From: an uncultured bacterium
Lineage (GTDB): Bacteria > Krumholzibacteriota > Krumholzibacteriia > LZORAL124-64-63
Length of the DNA: 64,000 nucleotides
Reading direction: 5' to 3'
NCBI GenBank assembly: GCA_963732385.1
Contig: CAVSZB010000004.1
Span: forward strand, 96,001-160,000
Shown here: piece after piece, positions 48,912 to 58,955 of the stretch
Layout: every line of letters starts with the position of its first letter
Position numbering within the stretch: position 1 is the stretch's first letter
Notes under the pieces: model-generated
What the model was told of the DNA's origin: nothing
The model's database searches: none
What the model saw: only the letters and a program-made list of their open reading frames with translations
Program-made: the position numbers and the translations under genes

Positions 48912-49889
48912 ATGACCGGAGCGGAGAGGGGGAGGCCGCTGCCGCCATGGTGGCGCCGCTGGCGACGGCGCGGCTACTTCGTCCTTGCGCGAGTGTTGCT
49001 GACGATGGCGAGGGCGGTGCCGCTGCCGGTGGGGCGTACGGCGGGGGCGGGGCTGGGCGCGCTGGCGCTGCGGGTGAGGCCGCGAGAGCGGGAACGCGCC
49101 CGGGCGAATCTGGCGCTGGCCCTGCCGGAGTTGTCTGCCGGCGCGCGGGAGGCGCTCCTGAAACGGGCCGCGGAGGCCCTCGGAGCGAATCTGCACGACA
49201 CGCTGGCGCTCGAACGGCTGGCGGCCGGTGGCTACGCCGGCGTGGAGGGGGCGGAGGCCGCGGCCACTGCCCGCGCCCTGCTGGCGGAGGGGCGGGGGCT
49301 GCTGATCCTGACCGGCCACCTCGGTTGCTGGGAGTTGCTCGGTGGCTGGCTGGCGCGGGAACTTGGCGGGCTGGCGGTGGTAACCGGCACGATTCACAAC
49401 GCGCCGTTCGATCGCCTGGTGAACGACCGTCGTCGTCGTCTCGGCCTGACTCCGCTGCCGCGGGAAGGGGATCTGCGGCCGCTGCTGCGGGTGCTGCGCG
49501 GTGGTGGCGCGCTGGCGGTGCTTCTGGATCAGAATTCGCCGGTTTTGAACGTTCAGGTGCCTTTCTTTGGTCGACCGGCGCCCACGGCCGCGGGTTTTGC
49601 GCGGCTGGCGCTGCGGACTGGCGCGCCGGTTTTGCCGCTGTCGATTCGTCGGGACGGGCCCGGGCACTGCGTGGAACAGCTGCCGCCGCTGAGGCCGCAG
49701 GGCGGAACGGATGAGGGGGCGGTATATTCATGTCTGACTCAGTGCAACGCCGCCCTCGAGACCCTGATCCGGCGCGCGCCGGCCGAATGGGTATGGTTTC
49801 ATGCGCGCTGGCAGGGGCGGGGGCCGGAAGCGGAGACGACATGCCTGACCAGCGCAGCGCCGCCCGGATCTGGTCGGCCGCCAGCCTGA
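48912..49889 (+). CDS. Lipid A late acyltransferase (LpxL/HtrB family)
   Basis: GHLGCWE, LLDQ, VPFFG, IRRAPAEWVWFHARW; start approximate. Confidence 0.85.
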   Translation: MTGAERGRPLPPWWRRWRRRGYFVLARVLLTMARAVPLPVGRTAGAGLGALALRVRPRERERARANLALALPELSAGAREALLKRAAEALGANLHDTLALERLAAGGYAGVEGAEAAATARALLAEGRGLLILTGHLGCWELLGGWLARELGGLAVVTGTIHNAPFDRLVNDRRRRLGLTPLPREGDLRPLLRVLRGGGALAVLLDQNSPVLNVQVPFFGRPAPTAAGFARLALRTGAPVLPLSIRRDGPGHCVEQLPPLRPQGGTDEGAVYSCLTQCNAALETLIRRAPAEWVWFHARWQGRGPEAETTCLTSAAPPGSGRPPA

Positions 49890-50428
49890 CCCTGCTGTTG
49901 ATCCTCGCGGCGGGCGGCTGCGGCCGGGAGCCGGAGCCGGCCGCCGGACCGGCGGTGCCCGCCCGCCTGCCCGAACAGGAGATTCTGGACTACCGTCTCA
50001 TCCAGACCGAAGCGGGGGTACGGCGCTGGACCCTGAACAGCGAACGGATGCGCAAGTACGCGGATCAGGTCGAAGTTGAACTGGACGAGCCGCGCATGGA
50101 GTTCTACCGCGCAGGAGTCTACTACTCCACCTTGACCGCCCGCCATGGTCGGGCCAATCTGGATGGCAGAAACATGTTCGCCAAGGGCGGGGTGGTCGTG
50201 GTGACAACCGACGGCCGGCGTCTCGAGACGGAGGAGATAAACTACGACAACGGCACCGGGCGCATCACGAACACGGTCTTCAACCGCTTCACGCGTGGCG
50301 GTGACGTGGTGACGGGGTACGGACTCGACGCCAGCCCGGACCTCGAGCATTTCGAGTTGCGCGGGCGGGTGGTCGCCGAGGTCAGCGACACGCTCGGGAC
50401 GGTCACGCCGGCGGGGCGGGCGCCATGA
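49841..50428 (+). CDS. lptC: LPS export protein LptC
   Basis: N-terminal anchor/lipobox, beta-jellyroll pattern (GGVVVVT...LETEEINY), genomic position. Confidence 0.75.
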   Translation: MPDQRSAARIWSAASLTLLLILAAGGCGREPEPAAGPAVPARLPEQEILDYRLIQTEAGVRRWTLNSERMRKYADQVEVELDEPRMEFYRAGVYYSTLTARHGRANLDGRNMFAKGGVVVVTTDGRRLETEEINYDNGTGRITNTVFNRFTRGGDVVTGYGLDASPDLEHFELRGRVVAEVSDTLGTVTPAGRAP

Positions 50429-51186
50429 ACCGGATCCCGGCCTCCGTCGAGGCGATCGCTCCGCCGATCGTGCTGGCGGCAAGGAACCTGCGCAAGACCT
50501 ACCGTGGCCGGGCCGTCGTGGACGACGTCGATCTGGAGTTGCGCCCGGGCGAGGTGACCGGTCTGCTGGGCCCCAACGGCGCCGGCAAGACGACCACTTT
50601 CTATATTATTGTCGGGTTCATCCGTCCCGACGGCGGTACGGTCACCCTGGGCGAGCGGAACATTTCGCGGCTTCCCATGTACCGCCGGGCGCGGCTGGGG
50701 ATCGGCTACCTGCCGCAGGAGGCGTCGATCTTCCGGAAGATGACCGTGGAGGAGAATATCCTGGCGATCCTCGAGACGCTGCCCCTGTCCCGGCAGGTGC
50801 GCCACGAACGGCTGGAGGCGCTGTTGGCCGAGATGGGCATCGAACAGGTCCGTCGCAGCCGCGGCTATCAGCTTTCGGGCGGCGAGCGGCGGCGTGTGGA
50901 GATCGCGCGCGCGCTCACCACCGAACCGCGCTTCATGCTGCTCGACGAGCCATTCGCCGGGATCGACCCGATCGCGGTGGCCGACCTGCAGCGCAGCGTG
51001 GCCAAGCTGCGGGCGCGTGGCCTGGGGGTCCTGATCACCGATCACAACGTACGGGAGACGCTGAGCATCACCGACCGCGCCTATGTCATGTTCGAGGGAC
51101 GGATCGCGCTGTCCGGCACGCCCGACGAAATCGTCGGCAACGCGCGGGCGCGCGAGGTCTACCTCGGCGATTCGTTTCGTCTCTAA
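50425..51186 (+). CDS. lptB: LPS export ABC ATPase
   Basis: [48 protein letters not shown]. Confidence 0.96.
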   Translation: MNRIPASVEAIAPPIVLAARNLRKTYRGRAVVDDVDLELRPGEVTGLLGPNGAGKTTTFYIIVGFIRPDGGTVTLGERNISRLPMYRRARLGIGYLPQEASIFRKMTVEENILAILETLPLSRQVRHERLEALLAEMGIEQVRRSRGYQLSGGERRRVEIARALTTEPRFMLLDEPFAGIDPIAVADLQRSVAKLRARGLGVLITDHNVRETLSITDRAYVMFEGRIALSGTPDEIVGNARAREVYLGDSFRL

Positions 51187-51228
51187 CGCCGCGTCGCGCG
51201 CGGCCGTCCGGTCCGGGAGAGCACGTCC

Positions 51229-52746
51229 ATGAATATGAATCTGAGCCTGCGCCAGGGCATGCATCTGCGTCAGCAGCTGGTCATGACCGTGCGCCTGCAG
51301 CAGGCTCTCAAGCTTCTCCAGGTGCCGACCCTGGAGTTGGAACAGATCCTCCGGTTGGAACTGCAGATCAACCCCCTGCTCGAAGAGATCGATTTTGCCG
51401 AGGAAGAGGAGGAGGAGGGGGGGAGCGAGGCGTCCGCCGCCGGCGAGGACGATGGTGAAGAGGGAGCCCTGGCCGGGGCCGAAGAGGCCGCCGGCGCCTC
51501 GGCCGACGACGCGGGCGAGGAGGCGGCCGAGGCCGCCGCGGCGGAAACCACCGGCGCCAGCGAGGATTCGCCGGAGCCGGTCGACTGGGACGAGTACTTC
51601 AAGGACGGATTCATCGCCGAGCATCTCGAGCCGGAGACGGCTGAGGAGGATCTTTTCGAGCGACTCCCGGTCTATGTGCCGAGCGGACAACAGTCGCTGC
51701 TCGATCAGCTCCAGTTCGCCGTGTCCGAGCCTCTCGATCGCCGGATCGGCGAGTACATCATCGGCAGTCTCAACGGCGACGGATACCTGACCGCGCCGGT
51801 GGGCGAGATCGCCGCGTTTTTCGAAACGGATGAGGCGCGGGTCGCGCGCGTGCTGGCGCTGATCCAGGAGTTCGATCCGCCCGGCGTGGCGGCGCGCGAT
51901 CTGCGGGAATGCCTCCTGCTGCAACTCCGGACGAAGGGACGGTCCGATTCTCCGGAAGCGACAATAATCAGCAATCACTTCGATGCGCTCAAGACCCGCA
52001 AGTTCGGCGACATCGCGCGCGAGATGCACATCACGGTGCAGGAGGTACAGGCGATCGCCGAGCGCATCGGCGAACTCGATCCCAAGCCGGGGATGGCGAG
52101 CGAGAGCGAAGGGGCGCGCTACATTGTGCCCGATCTGGTGGTGCAGGAAGTCGATGGCGAATATGTGGTCTATCTGAACGATGGCAACATTCCGCGCCTG
52201 CGCGTGAGCAAGGCCTACGAGAACCAGAAGCTGCAGGGTCCCGATCGCGACAACCAGACCGTGCAGTTCATCGACGAGAAGAAGCGGTATGCTGAGTGGA
52301 TCATCAAGACCATCGAACAGCGACGCCGCACGATGATCAAGGTGATGGAGGCGATCGTTGTCCAACAGTCGGCCTTCTTCGAACAGGGCGCCATCGCTCT
52401 GCGGCCGCTGACGCTGCAGCAGGTGGCCAATGTCATCGGCATGCACGAATCGACGGTCTCGCGGGTGACGAAACAGAAGTTCGTGCAGACCCCGCGCGGT
52501 GTCTTTCCCCTCAAGTACTTCTTCTCGGCCGGGCTCGATGCCGGGGATGGGGAAGAGATCGGCGCCAAGGCGGTGAAGGAGATGATCAGGAATATCGTTG
52601 CGGCTGAATCTCCGAAGCGACCGTTGTCTGACAAGAAGATCGTGGACCTGCTCGCGCAGCGCGACCTTACCATCGCGCGCCGGACGGTGGCCAAGTATCG
52701 TGAACAGCTGGGCATCCTGTCCGCGCGCATGCGCAAACAGTTCTGA
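51229..52746 (+). CDS. rpoN: RNA polymerase sigma-54 factor
   Basis: Q/L-rich region I, acidic region II, MHESTVSR, RpoN box ARRTVAKYRE. Confidence 0.97.
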   Translation: MNMNLSLRQGMHLRQQLVMTVRLQQALKLLQVPTLELEQILRLELQINPLLEEIDFAEEEEEEGGSEASAAGEDDGEEGALAGAEEAAGASADDAGEEAAEAAAAETTGASEDSPEPVDWDEYFKDGFIAEHLEPETAEEDLFERLPVYVPSGQQSLLDQLQFAVSEPLDRRIGEYIIGSLNGDGYLTAPVGEIAAFFETDEARVARVLALIQEFDPPGVAARDLRECLLLQLRTKGRSDSPEATIISNHFDALKTRKFGDIAREMHITVQEVQAIAERIGELDPKPGMASESEGARYIVPDLVVQEVDGEYVVYLNDGNIPRLRVSKAYENQKLQGPDRDNQTVQFIDEKKRYAEWIIKTIEQRRRTMIKVMEAIVVQQSAFFEQGAIALRPLTLQQVANVIGMHESTVSRVTKQKFVQTPRGVFPLKYFFSAGLDAGDGEEIGAKAVKEMIRNIVAAESPKRPLSDKKIVDLLAQRDLTIARRTVAKYREQLGILSARMRKQF

Positions 52747-52777
52747 GGGACAGGGGCGAATCCGGCAAGGAGGAAGC

Positions 52778-53317
52778 ATGCAGCTCGAGTTCAACACGCG
52801 GCACTTCGTGATCGAGGACGAATCCAGGGACAGGATCGAAAAACGGGTCGCCAAGCTCGAACGCTACAGTCCTCGCAACCCGGTTTCCATCCGGCTCACG
52901 ATCACCAAGGAGGGTGGTCGCTTCGAGGCCGAGCTCTCCTACTACCTCCGCAACACCGACTTCCATGCGAAGGCTGAGCGCACCGAGCCCGATCTCGCCG
53001 CCGACGAGGCGATCGAAAGCCTCGAAAGGCAGTTGCGCCGGTTCAAGGACCGCGTGGCCAACCGTGACAAGGGCGATGAGGGGAATACCGGTCTCGGCGA
53101 GGCCATGGCCGCCGGCGAGCTGCTTGCGAGCGAGGGAGCGGTGCTCGATGAGGATGGCTTCCGGTTGAAGGATCTCTCGGTCGAGGCGGCCGTGGAGGCC
53201 TTCCGGGATTCGCGGTATCCGTTCCTGGTCTTCCGTAACCGCAGCAGTTCCCGCGTGGCCGTCGTCTACCGACGCGAGGAGGGCGCCTACGGGATCCTGG
53301 AGCAGCGCGAGGACTAG
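52778..53317 (+). CDS. hpf: Ribosome hibernation factor (long HPF)
   Basis: RaiA-like N-domain, LERQLRRFK, C-terminal FLVFRN...VVYRR..G.YG; located after rpoN. Confidence 0.85.
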   Translation: MQLEFNTRHFVIEDESRDRIEKRVAKLERYSPRNPVSIRLTITKEGGRFEAELSYYLRNTDFHAKAERTEPDLAADEAIESLERQLRRFKDRVANRDKGDEGNTGLGEAMAAGELLASEGAVLDEDGFRLKDLSVEAAVEAFRDSRYPFLVFRNRSSSRVAVVYRREEGAYGILEQRED

Positions 53318-53377
53318 ATCCAGGACTGGATCCATCGAGATCCGCAACCGCCGCCGCCGCGGCCCGAAAGCGTCGCC

Positions 53378-54346
53378 ATGAGCAGGATCACCGTCCAGCG
53401 CCTCTGCGCGGATCTCCGCGATGCTCTGGACCTCACCCCCCTGACGCCGTTGCCGGGAGAGGACATCCCGGTCCCGGTGCGCGACGTGCATCGTCCCGGC
53501 ATGGCTCTGATGGGGTTCGCGGAGAATTTCCTGCCCCACCGTCTGCAGATGATGGGCGAGTCCGAGCTGGCGTATCTCGCCGGGCTGCCCCCCGCCGAGC
53601 AGGTCACGGCCTTCGGGCGCGTGCTCGAACTGCAGGCGCCGGCCATCTTCATCGCCCGCGGGCAGGGGCTGCCGGAGCCGCTTCTCGACCTGGCGCGCGC
53701 GCGGGGGGTGCCGGTCCTGCGCACCTCGCTGGCGTCCGTGGATTTCCTGGAGGAGCTGTCGGAACATCTGCGGGAGATCTTCGCGCCGCGCACGGAGGTG
53801 CACGGGTCGCTGGCTGACGTCTACGGGGTGGGGCTGCTGTTCACCGGCCGCAGCGGCATCGGCAAGAGCGAGTGCGTGCTCGATCTGGTGGAGCGCAATC
53901 ACCGGCTGGTCGCCGACGACGTGGTCGAGATCGTCAAGCGGGGCGACGACGTCATCGTGGGTCGCTTCCGCGAAGTGCTGCAGCACAACATCGAGATCCG
54001 TGGCGTCGGCGTCATCGACGTGCAGGCGATTTTCGGCATCAAGGCGATTCGTATGCAGAAGCGGATCGAGGTCGAGGTGCACCTGCAGGACTGGGACGAG
54101 AACGCCGACTACGAGAGGCTCGGGCTGGAGAGGCAATACACGCACATTCTCGGCGTGGCCATCCCACGCGTGGTGGTGCCGATCTTTCCCGGCAAGAACA
54201 TCACGGTGATCGCCGAGGTCATCGCCCTCGATTTCATGCTGAAGATCTACGGCTACGATGCGGCGCAGGCGCTCAACCGGCGTATCCTCGAGACGATGAA
54301 GCCGGGCAGCAACCTGAACCGGTACCTGCGTCACGACAACGAGTAG
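53378..54346 (+). CDS. hprK: HPr kinase/phosphorylase
   Basis: RPGMAL.G, GRSGIGKSE, HRLVADD, IEIRGVG. Confidence 0.95.
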   Translation: MSRITVQRLCADLRDALDLTPLTPLPGEDIPVPVRDVHRPGMALMGFAENFLPHRLQMMGESELAYLAGLPPAEQVTAFGRVLELQAPAIFIARGQGLPEPLLDLARARGVPVLRTSLASVDFLEELSEHLREIFAPRTEVHGSLADVYGVGLLFTGRSGIGKSECVLDLVERNHRLVADDVVEIVKRGDDVIVGRFREVLQHNIEIRGVGVIDVQAIFGIKAIRMQKRIEVEVHLQDWDENADYERLGLERQYTHILGVAIPRVVVPIFPGKNITVIAEVIALDFMLKIYGYDAAQALNRRILETMKPGSNLNRYLRHDNE

Positions 54347-54361
54347 AAGGAGCGGCGGGTC

Positions 54362-54766
54362 ATGATCAGCGGTCTGGTGATCACCCATGGCGCCCTGGGC
54401 GAGGAACTCGTGCGGGTGGTGACGCTCGTGCTCGGCCCGGTGGAGAATCTGGGGGCGCTTTCGAACCGCGGCCTGGGCGCGCGCGACCTGACCGAGGCGA
54501 TCCGCGGCTGGATCGCGGCCGAGCCTCAGCAGGGTGCGGGCGGGATCCTCCTGTTCATCGACGATTTCGGCGGCAGTTGCGCCAACGCGGCCCAGCTCGC
54601 GGTGCAGGCGGGGCCGCCGTCCGGTATCCTGACCGGGGTCAACCTGGCCATGGTGCTCGACTTCCTTACCTGGCGCGATTCGTTGTCGGTGACCGAACTG
54701 TCCCGCCGACTCGTGGAGAAGGGGCGGCAGGCCATCTCGCTCCTTGGTCCCGGCGCGGGCGCCTGA
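54362..54766 (+). CDS. PTS mannose/fructose-class EIIA
   Basis: VITHG (phospho-His), DDFGGS, GVNLAM. Confidence 0.88.
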   Translation: MISGLVITHGALGEELVRVVTLVLGPVENLGALSNRGLGARDLTEAIRGWIAAEPQQGAGGILLFIDDFGGSCANAAQLAVQAGPPSGILTGVNLAMVLDFLTWRDSLSVTELSRRLVEKGRQAISLLGPGAGA

Positions 54767-54783
54767 GGGGGCCGGGACGGCGC

Positions 54784-55278
54784 ATGGGCATCGTGCTGGC
54801 CAGGATCGATGATCGCTTCATCCATGGCCAGGTCACGGTCGGCTGGAGCCAGAAGCTGAGGCCCCACCGCATCGTGCTCTGCAACGACGAGATCGCCGCC
54901 GATCCCTGGCAGAGTCGGGTCTACCGCAGTTCAGTGCCGCCCCGCATCGCGGTCGAGATTCTCTCCGCCGAATCCACGGTATCCACGCTTGCCGCCTGCC
55001 CGCCGGGCGAGCGGGTGATCCTCCTGGCCGGTGCCCCGCTCGACATGCACGACCTGCTGGCGCGCGGTCTGCCGCTGGCCGAGGTCAACGTCGGCGGCAT
55101 GCACTGGGTCAAGGGCAAGGAGGAAATGCTGCCCTACGTCTACGTCAATCGCACGGACCTCGATGTCTTTCGCGCTTTTCTGGGGCGGGGGGTGCGGTTG
55201 TCGGCGCGCCCGGTGCCGGGGGCCCGCGAGACGGAAATCGATTTGCCGCTGATCGCGGCGCTCGAGGAGCGGCTATGA
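54784..55278 (+). CDS. PTS mannose/sorbose-class EIIB
   Basis: RIDDRFIHGQV, VNVGGM. Confidence 0.9.
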   Translation: MGIVLARIDDRFIHGQVTVGWSQKLRPHRIVLCNDEIAADPWQSRVYRSSVPPRIAVEILSAESTVSTLAACPPGERVILLAGAPLDMHDLLARGLPLAEVNVGGMHWVKGKEEMLPYVYVNRTDLDVFRAFLGRGVRLSARPVPGARETEIDLPLIAALEERL

Positions 55279-56069
55279 TCCCCCCGTCGCCGGCCATCGT
55301 GATGCTGGCCACGGGCGCCCCTGTGCTGGCCACGGCCGGCGCGGGGCTTCTGGCGCTGCCCTGGCTGCCGGTGGCGCTGCTGGCGCTATTGACGATGGTG
55401 CTCAGCCTCGACGAAACGGCACTGGCGCAGACCTGGCTCAGCCAGCCGTTGCCGGCCGGGCTGCTGGCGGGGGCTCTGTGCGGCGACGCCGCCACCGGGC
55501 TTGCGGTAGGTCTGCCGTTCCAACTCGTCACGTTGGCGGACCTGCCGGTCGGACAGACGTTCACCGGCGAGAAGGTGGCGGCCGTCGTGGCCGGCGTGGG
55601 GGGGGCGATCCTGACCGGGCATGCCCTGCCGCAACTGGCTCGCCAGGCGCCCGAGGCGGCGGCGGGCGCCTTGGGCTGGACTCTGGTGGCGGTCTGCCTG
55701 TTCAGCCTCGCCGGCCACAAATTCGTCCAGATCGAGCGCTCCACCCACTTCCTCTGGATGCTCGAAGGACACCGGACGCTCTGGGACGGGCGGACCGAAC
55801 GGTTGGAACGGCTGCAGGCGAGATGCCTGGTCGCCACGGCCCTGCGCGGACTGGTGCTCTGCCTGCTCTGGCTGACCCTGATGGTTGGTTTCTGGCTGCC
55901 GCTCTACGCTCTGCTTCCGGCGCGTCTCGTGCGCGCGCTGGCCCTCCTGCCGCTGCTCGCGCCGCCTCTGGCCGTGGCCGCGCTGGGCGATCTCTACGGG
56001 TGGCGTAACGCCTGGCGCTGGATAGCGGGGGGCCTGACCGCCGCCATCGTGCTCGCGTGGTGGCTGTGA
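55275..56069 (+). CDS. PTS mannose-class EIIC (divergent)
   Basis: Multi-TM; Q...SQPL..G...G...GD...GL.VG...QL...PVG motif; genomic position. Confidence 0.7.
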   Translation: MIPPSPAIVMLATGAPVLATAGAGLLALPWLPVALLALLTMVLSLDETALAQTWLSQPLPAGLLAGALCGDAATGLAVGLPFQLVTLADLPVGQTFTGEKVAAVVAGVGGAILTGHALPQLARQAPEAAAGALGWTLVAVCLFSLAGHKFVQIERSTHFLWMLEGHRTLWDGRTERLERLQARCLVATALRGLVLCLLWLTLMVGFWLPLYALLPARLVRALALLPLLAPPLAVAALGDLYGWRNAWRWIAGGLTAAIVLAWWL

Positions 56070-56863
56070 AAGAGGTGCAAGTGATGCAGGCTGGCCGCGA
56101 AGCGTTGCCGCCGCTCGAACTGCCGCCGCGGCGTCTGCTGTGGAGCGTCTGGCTGAGGGCGCTCGCCCTGCAGGCCGCGTGGAACCCCCAGCGCATGCAG
56201 AACCTTGGCCTCGTGACAACGCTGGCGCCGTGGCTGCGGGCCCGCGCGCCCGCCGTACCGATTGTCCGCCGCGTCTGCCGCCGGCACTACGAATTTTTCA
56301 ATACGAATCCCTATTTCGCCAACTTTATAATCGGCGGGTTGATGCGGCTGGAGGATGAGAGTTTGCGCGAAGGGGGCGGGGGAGCCCGGCAGGTGGTGGC
56401 GTTCCGCAGCTCGGTGGCGCGCGCCTTTGCGTCCCTCGGCGACCAGTTGTTCTGGCTTGGACTGCAGCCGTCGCTGTTGCTGACGGCGTCGGTGTTGGCC
56501 TGGGCAGGCCGTCCTTGGGTCGGTTTCAGCCTGATTGTCCTGCTGGCGCTCTGCCAGCTCTGGCTCCGCTGGCTCGCCCTGGGCACAGGTTACCGCCTCG
56601 GGCTTGACATCGTCGACCTGCTCTCCCAGCCGTCCTGGCACCGTTTGATCTGGGCGAGCAAGCGGTCGGGGATGGTTCTGGCCGGAATCCTGGCCGGGGT
56701 GTATCTTGAGGCTCTGGCTGAAACGCCCCCCGGCGGTTTTCGGGTCGCTCTCTGGAGCGCTGGCGCGGGGGGCGCGTGCGGGTTTCTGCTGCACCGGCGC
56801 CTGCCGGGGGAGTTGGTCTTCCTCCTGGGAATCCCCCTTGCCCTGGTCCTGGCGATTCTTTAG
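56057..56863 (+). CDS. PTS mannose-class EIID
   Basis: QAAWNPQRMQNLG, FFNTNPY, ASLGDQLFW; start approximate. Confidence 0.88.
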   Translation: MVAVKEVQVMQAGREALPPLELPPRRLLWSVWLRALALQAAWNPQRMQNLGLVTTLAPWLRARAPAVPIVRRVCRRHYEFFNTNPYFANFIIGGLMRLEDESLREGGGGARQVVAFRSSVARAFASLGDQLFWLGLQPSLLLTASVLAWAGRPWVGFSLIVLLALCQLWLRWLALGTGYRLGLDIVDLLSQPSWHRLIWASKRSGMVLAGILAGVYLEALAETPPGGFRVALWSAGAGGACGFLLHRRLPGELVFLLGIPLALVLAIL

Positions 56864-56917
56864 GGTTCCTGCGTTTGCGGCGCACGGCCACGCGCCGTCG
56901 GGGAGAGGAACGGGCCG

Positions 56918-57196
56918 TTGAAAGCCACCACTGCCACTGTCTCCGATCCGGTCGGTTTTCACCTGCGCGCTGCGGGGCGTATCGTCAAACTCACCAAGCG
57001 GTTCACCGCGGAGGTGACGATCCGCTATAACGGGCGGGCCGCCAACGCCAAGAGCATCATGGGCCTGGCCAGTCTGGCGGCGGAGTGCGGCAGCCGGGTC
57101 GATATCGAGGCGGACGGGCCTGACGAAGGCGAGGCTCTCGACGCGCTCGTCCAGCTCATCGCCATCGAACTCGCTCATCCCGAGCAGGAGCCGTGA
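56918..57196 (+). CDS. ptsH: Phosphocarrier HPr
   Basis: GFHLRAA (His15), NAKSIMG (Ser46), GPDE. Confidence 0.92.
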   Translation: MKATTATVSDPVGFHLRAAGRIVKLTKRFTAEVTIRYNGRAANAKSIMGLASLAAECGSRVDIEADGPDEGEALDALVQLIAIELAHPEQEP

Positions 57197-57200
57197 CCTG

Positions 57201-58955
57201 ATGCGGACGCTGCGCGGCATCGCCGCCTCGCCCGGTTACGCCGTTGGACCGGTGCACCGGATCGTCAAACGACCCCCCGAGTTGCCGTGCCGCACGGTGA
57301 ACGCGGAGCAGGTCGAGGCGGAGGTGGACCGTTTCCGGGCCGCGGTTGGGCAGGCGCGGGCGGAAATCCGGGTCCTCATGGAGAAGCTCGAGCGGGAACT
57401 CGGCCCGGCCGAGGCGCGGATCCTCGGCAGCCATCTCCTTATTCTTGAGGATGAACTGACCTGGGATCGCACGATTGCCCGCATCCGGGAGGAGCGTCTC
57501 GGCGCGGAGCAGGCCTTCAGCCGCGCCTGCGCCGACATTGCGGTGCAGTTGCGTGACACCGACGCCGTCTTCCGCGAGCGGATCGTTGATCTGCGCGATG
57601 TCGAGGAGCGGGTCCTGCGGGCCCTGACCGGCGAGGTGTCGCCTCGCGTGGCGCCGCCGACAGAGCCGAGCATCGTGGCCGCTCCCAACCTGACCCCGTC
57701 GGACACCGCCGCGCTCGGCCGGCGCAACGTGCTGGCCTTCCTGATGGACGAGGGGAGCCAGACGAGCCATGTGGCGATTCTGGCCCGCTCGCTCGGCGTG
57801 CCGGCCGTGGTCGGTCTCGGTGATGTCGTGGCGGGGTTGACCGACGGAGTGCTGGCGGCGGTGGATGGCGAGGCGGGAGAGGTCGTGCTCGACCCCAATC
57901 CGGAGGTCGTGGAGCAGTGCCGCCGGCGGGGATTTGAGCAGCAGCGGGTGGACCTGCGCCTGGCCGGGCTGCGCGATGCGCCCGCCGTCACCCCCGATGG
58001 CCGGCGCGTGCAGCTGATGGCCAACGTAGAGCTGCCGGAGGAGGCGGACGAGGCGCTGGCGAGGGGCGCCGAAGGGATCGGGCTCCTGCGCACGGAGTAC
58101 CTCTATTTCCGCCACCAGGACATTCCGGACGAGCAGGAGCAGGTCGAAGCGTACGCCGATGTGCTGCGCCGTATGGCCGGTCGTCCGGTCGTCATGCGTA
58201 CCCTCGATGTGGGGGGCGACAAGGTGTCGCGCTACCTCGGCGCCAAGCGGGAATACAATCCGTTTCTCGGCTGGCGCGGCATCCGGTTCTGTCTGGCGAA
58301 TCGCACGCTCTTCAAGACGCAGATCCGCGCCATGTACCGTGCCGCGGCGCAGGGGTCGGCGCGGCTGATGTTCCCGATGGTGACGGGGCTCGAGGAACTG
58401 CGCGCTGCCCGGGAGTTGTGCGCCGAATGTCTGGACGAACTGGCCCGCGAGGGACGGCCGCACGCCCCTGACACGCCGGTCGGCATCATGATCGAAACCC
58501 CCTCCGCCGCCGGCATCGCCGACCTGCTGGCCAGGGAGTGCGACTTTTTCAGCCTCGGCACCAACGACCTCATCCAGTACACGCTGGCCATGGACCGCAC
58601 GAACAGTCGCGTGGCCTACCTTTATCAGCCGCTGCATCCGGCCGTGCTGCGCACCCTGCGCGCGGTGGTGCAGGCGGCCGCGGGTGCGGGCATCCCGGCC
58701 GGCCTGTGCGGCGAAATGGGCGCGGAGACCCGCTACGCCGAGGTGCTGCTCGGGCTGGGTTTCGATGAGATCAGCCTGCACAGCGCGGCGCTGCCGAAAA
58801 TCAAGCAGGTCATCCGCTGGACCCCCTACACGGAGGCGCAGGCCCTCGTGGCGGAGCTGGCCGACCTGGGCACGGCGGCGGAGGCGGCCGCCCACCTGGC
58901 GGCGTATATCGAGCGCAAGAAGCGCCTGCGGCACTACGGGGAGGACCAGCCATGA
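57201..58955 (+). CDS. ptsI: PTS enzyme I
   Basis: GIAASPG, TSHVAILARS, GIGLLRTE, RTLDVGGDK, NPFLGWRG, GTNDLIQY, CGEM. Confidence 0.95.
   Translation: MRTLRGIAASPGYAVGPVHRIVKRPPELPCRTVNAEQVEAEVDRFRAAVGQARAEIRVLMEKLERELGPAEARILGSHLLILEDELTWDRTIARIREERLGAEQAFSRACADIAVQLRDTDAVFRERIVDLRDVEERVLRALTGEVSPRVAPPTEPSIVAAPNLTPSDTAALGRRNVLAFLMDEGSQTSHVAILARSLGVPAVVGLGDVVAGLTDGVLAAVDGEAGEVVLDPNPEVVEQCRRRGFEQQRVDLRLAGLRDAPAVTPDGRRVQLMANVELPEEADEALARGAEGIGLLRTEYLYFRHQDIPDEQEQVEAYADVLRRMAGRPVVMRTLDVGGDKVSRYLGAKREYNPFLGWRGIRFCLANRTLFKTQIRAMYRAAAQGSARLMFPMVTGLEELRAARELCAECLDELAREGRPHAPDTPVGIMIETPSAAGIADLLARECDFFSLGTNDLIQYTLAMDRTNSRVAYLYQPLHPAVLRTLRAVVQAAAGAGIPAGLCGEMGAETRYAEVLLGLGFDEISLHSAALPKIKQVIRWTPYTEAQALVAELADLGTAAEAAAHLAAYIERKKRLRHYGEDQP

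Noticed and set aside
51395..51575. Repetitive GAG/GCC-rich stretch in rpoN
   Set aside because: Encodes the normal acidic, variable region II of sigma54; not a DNA repeat element.
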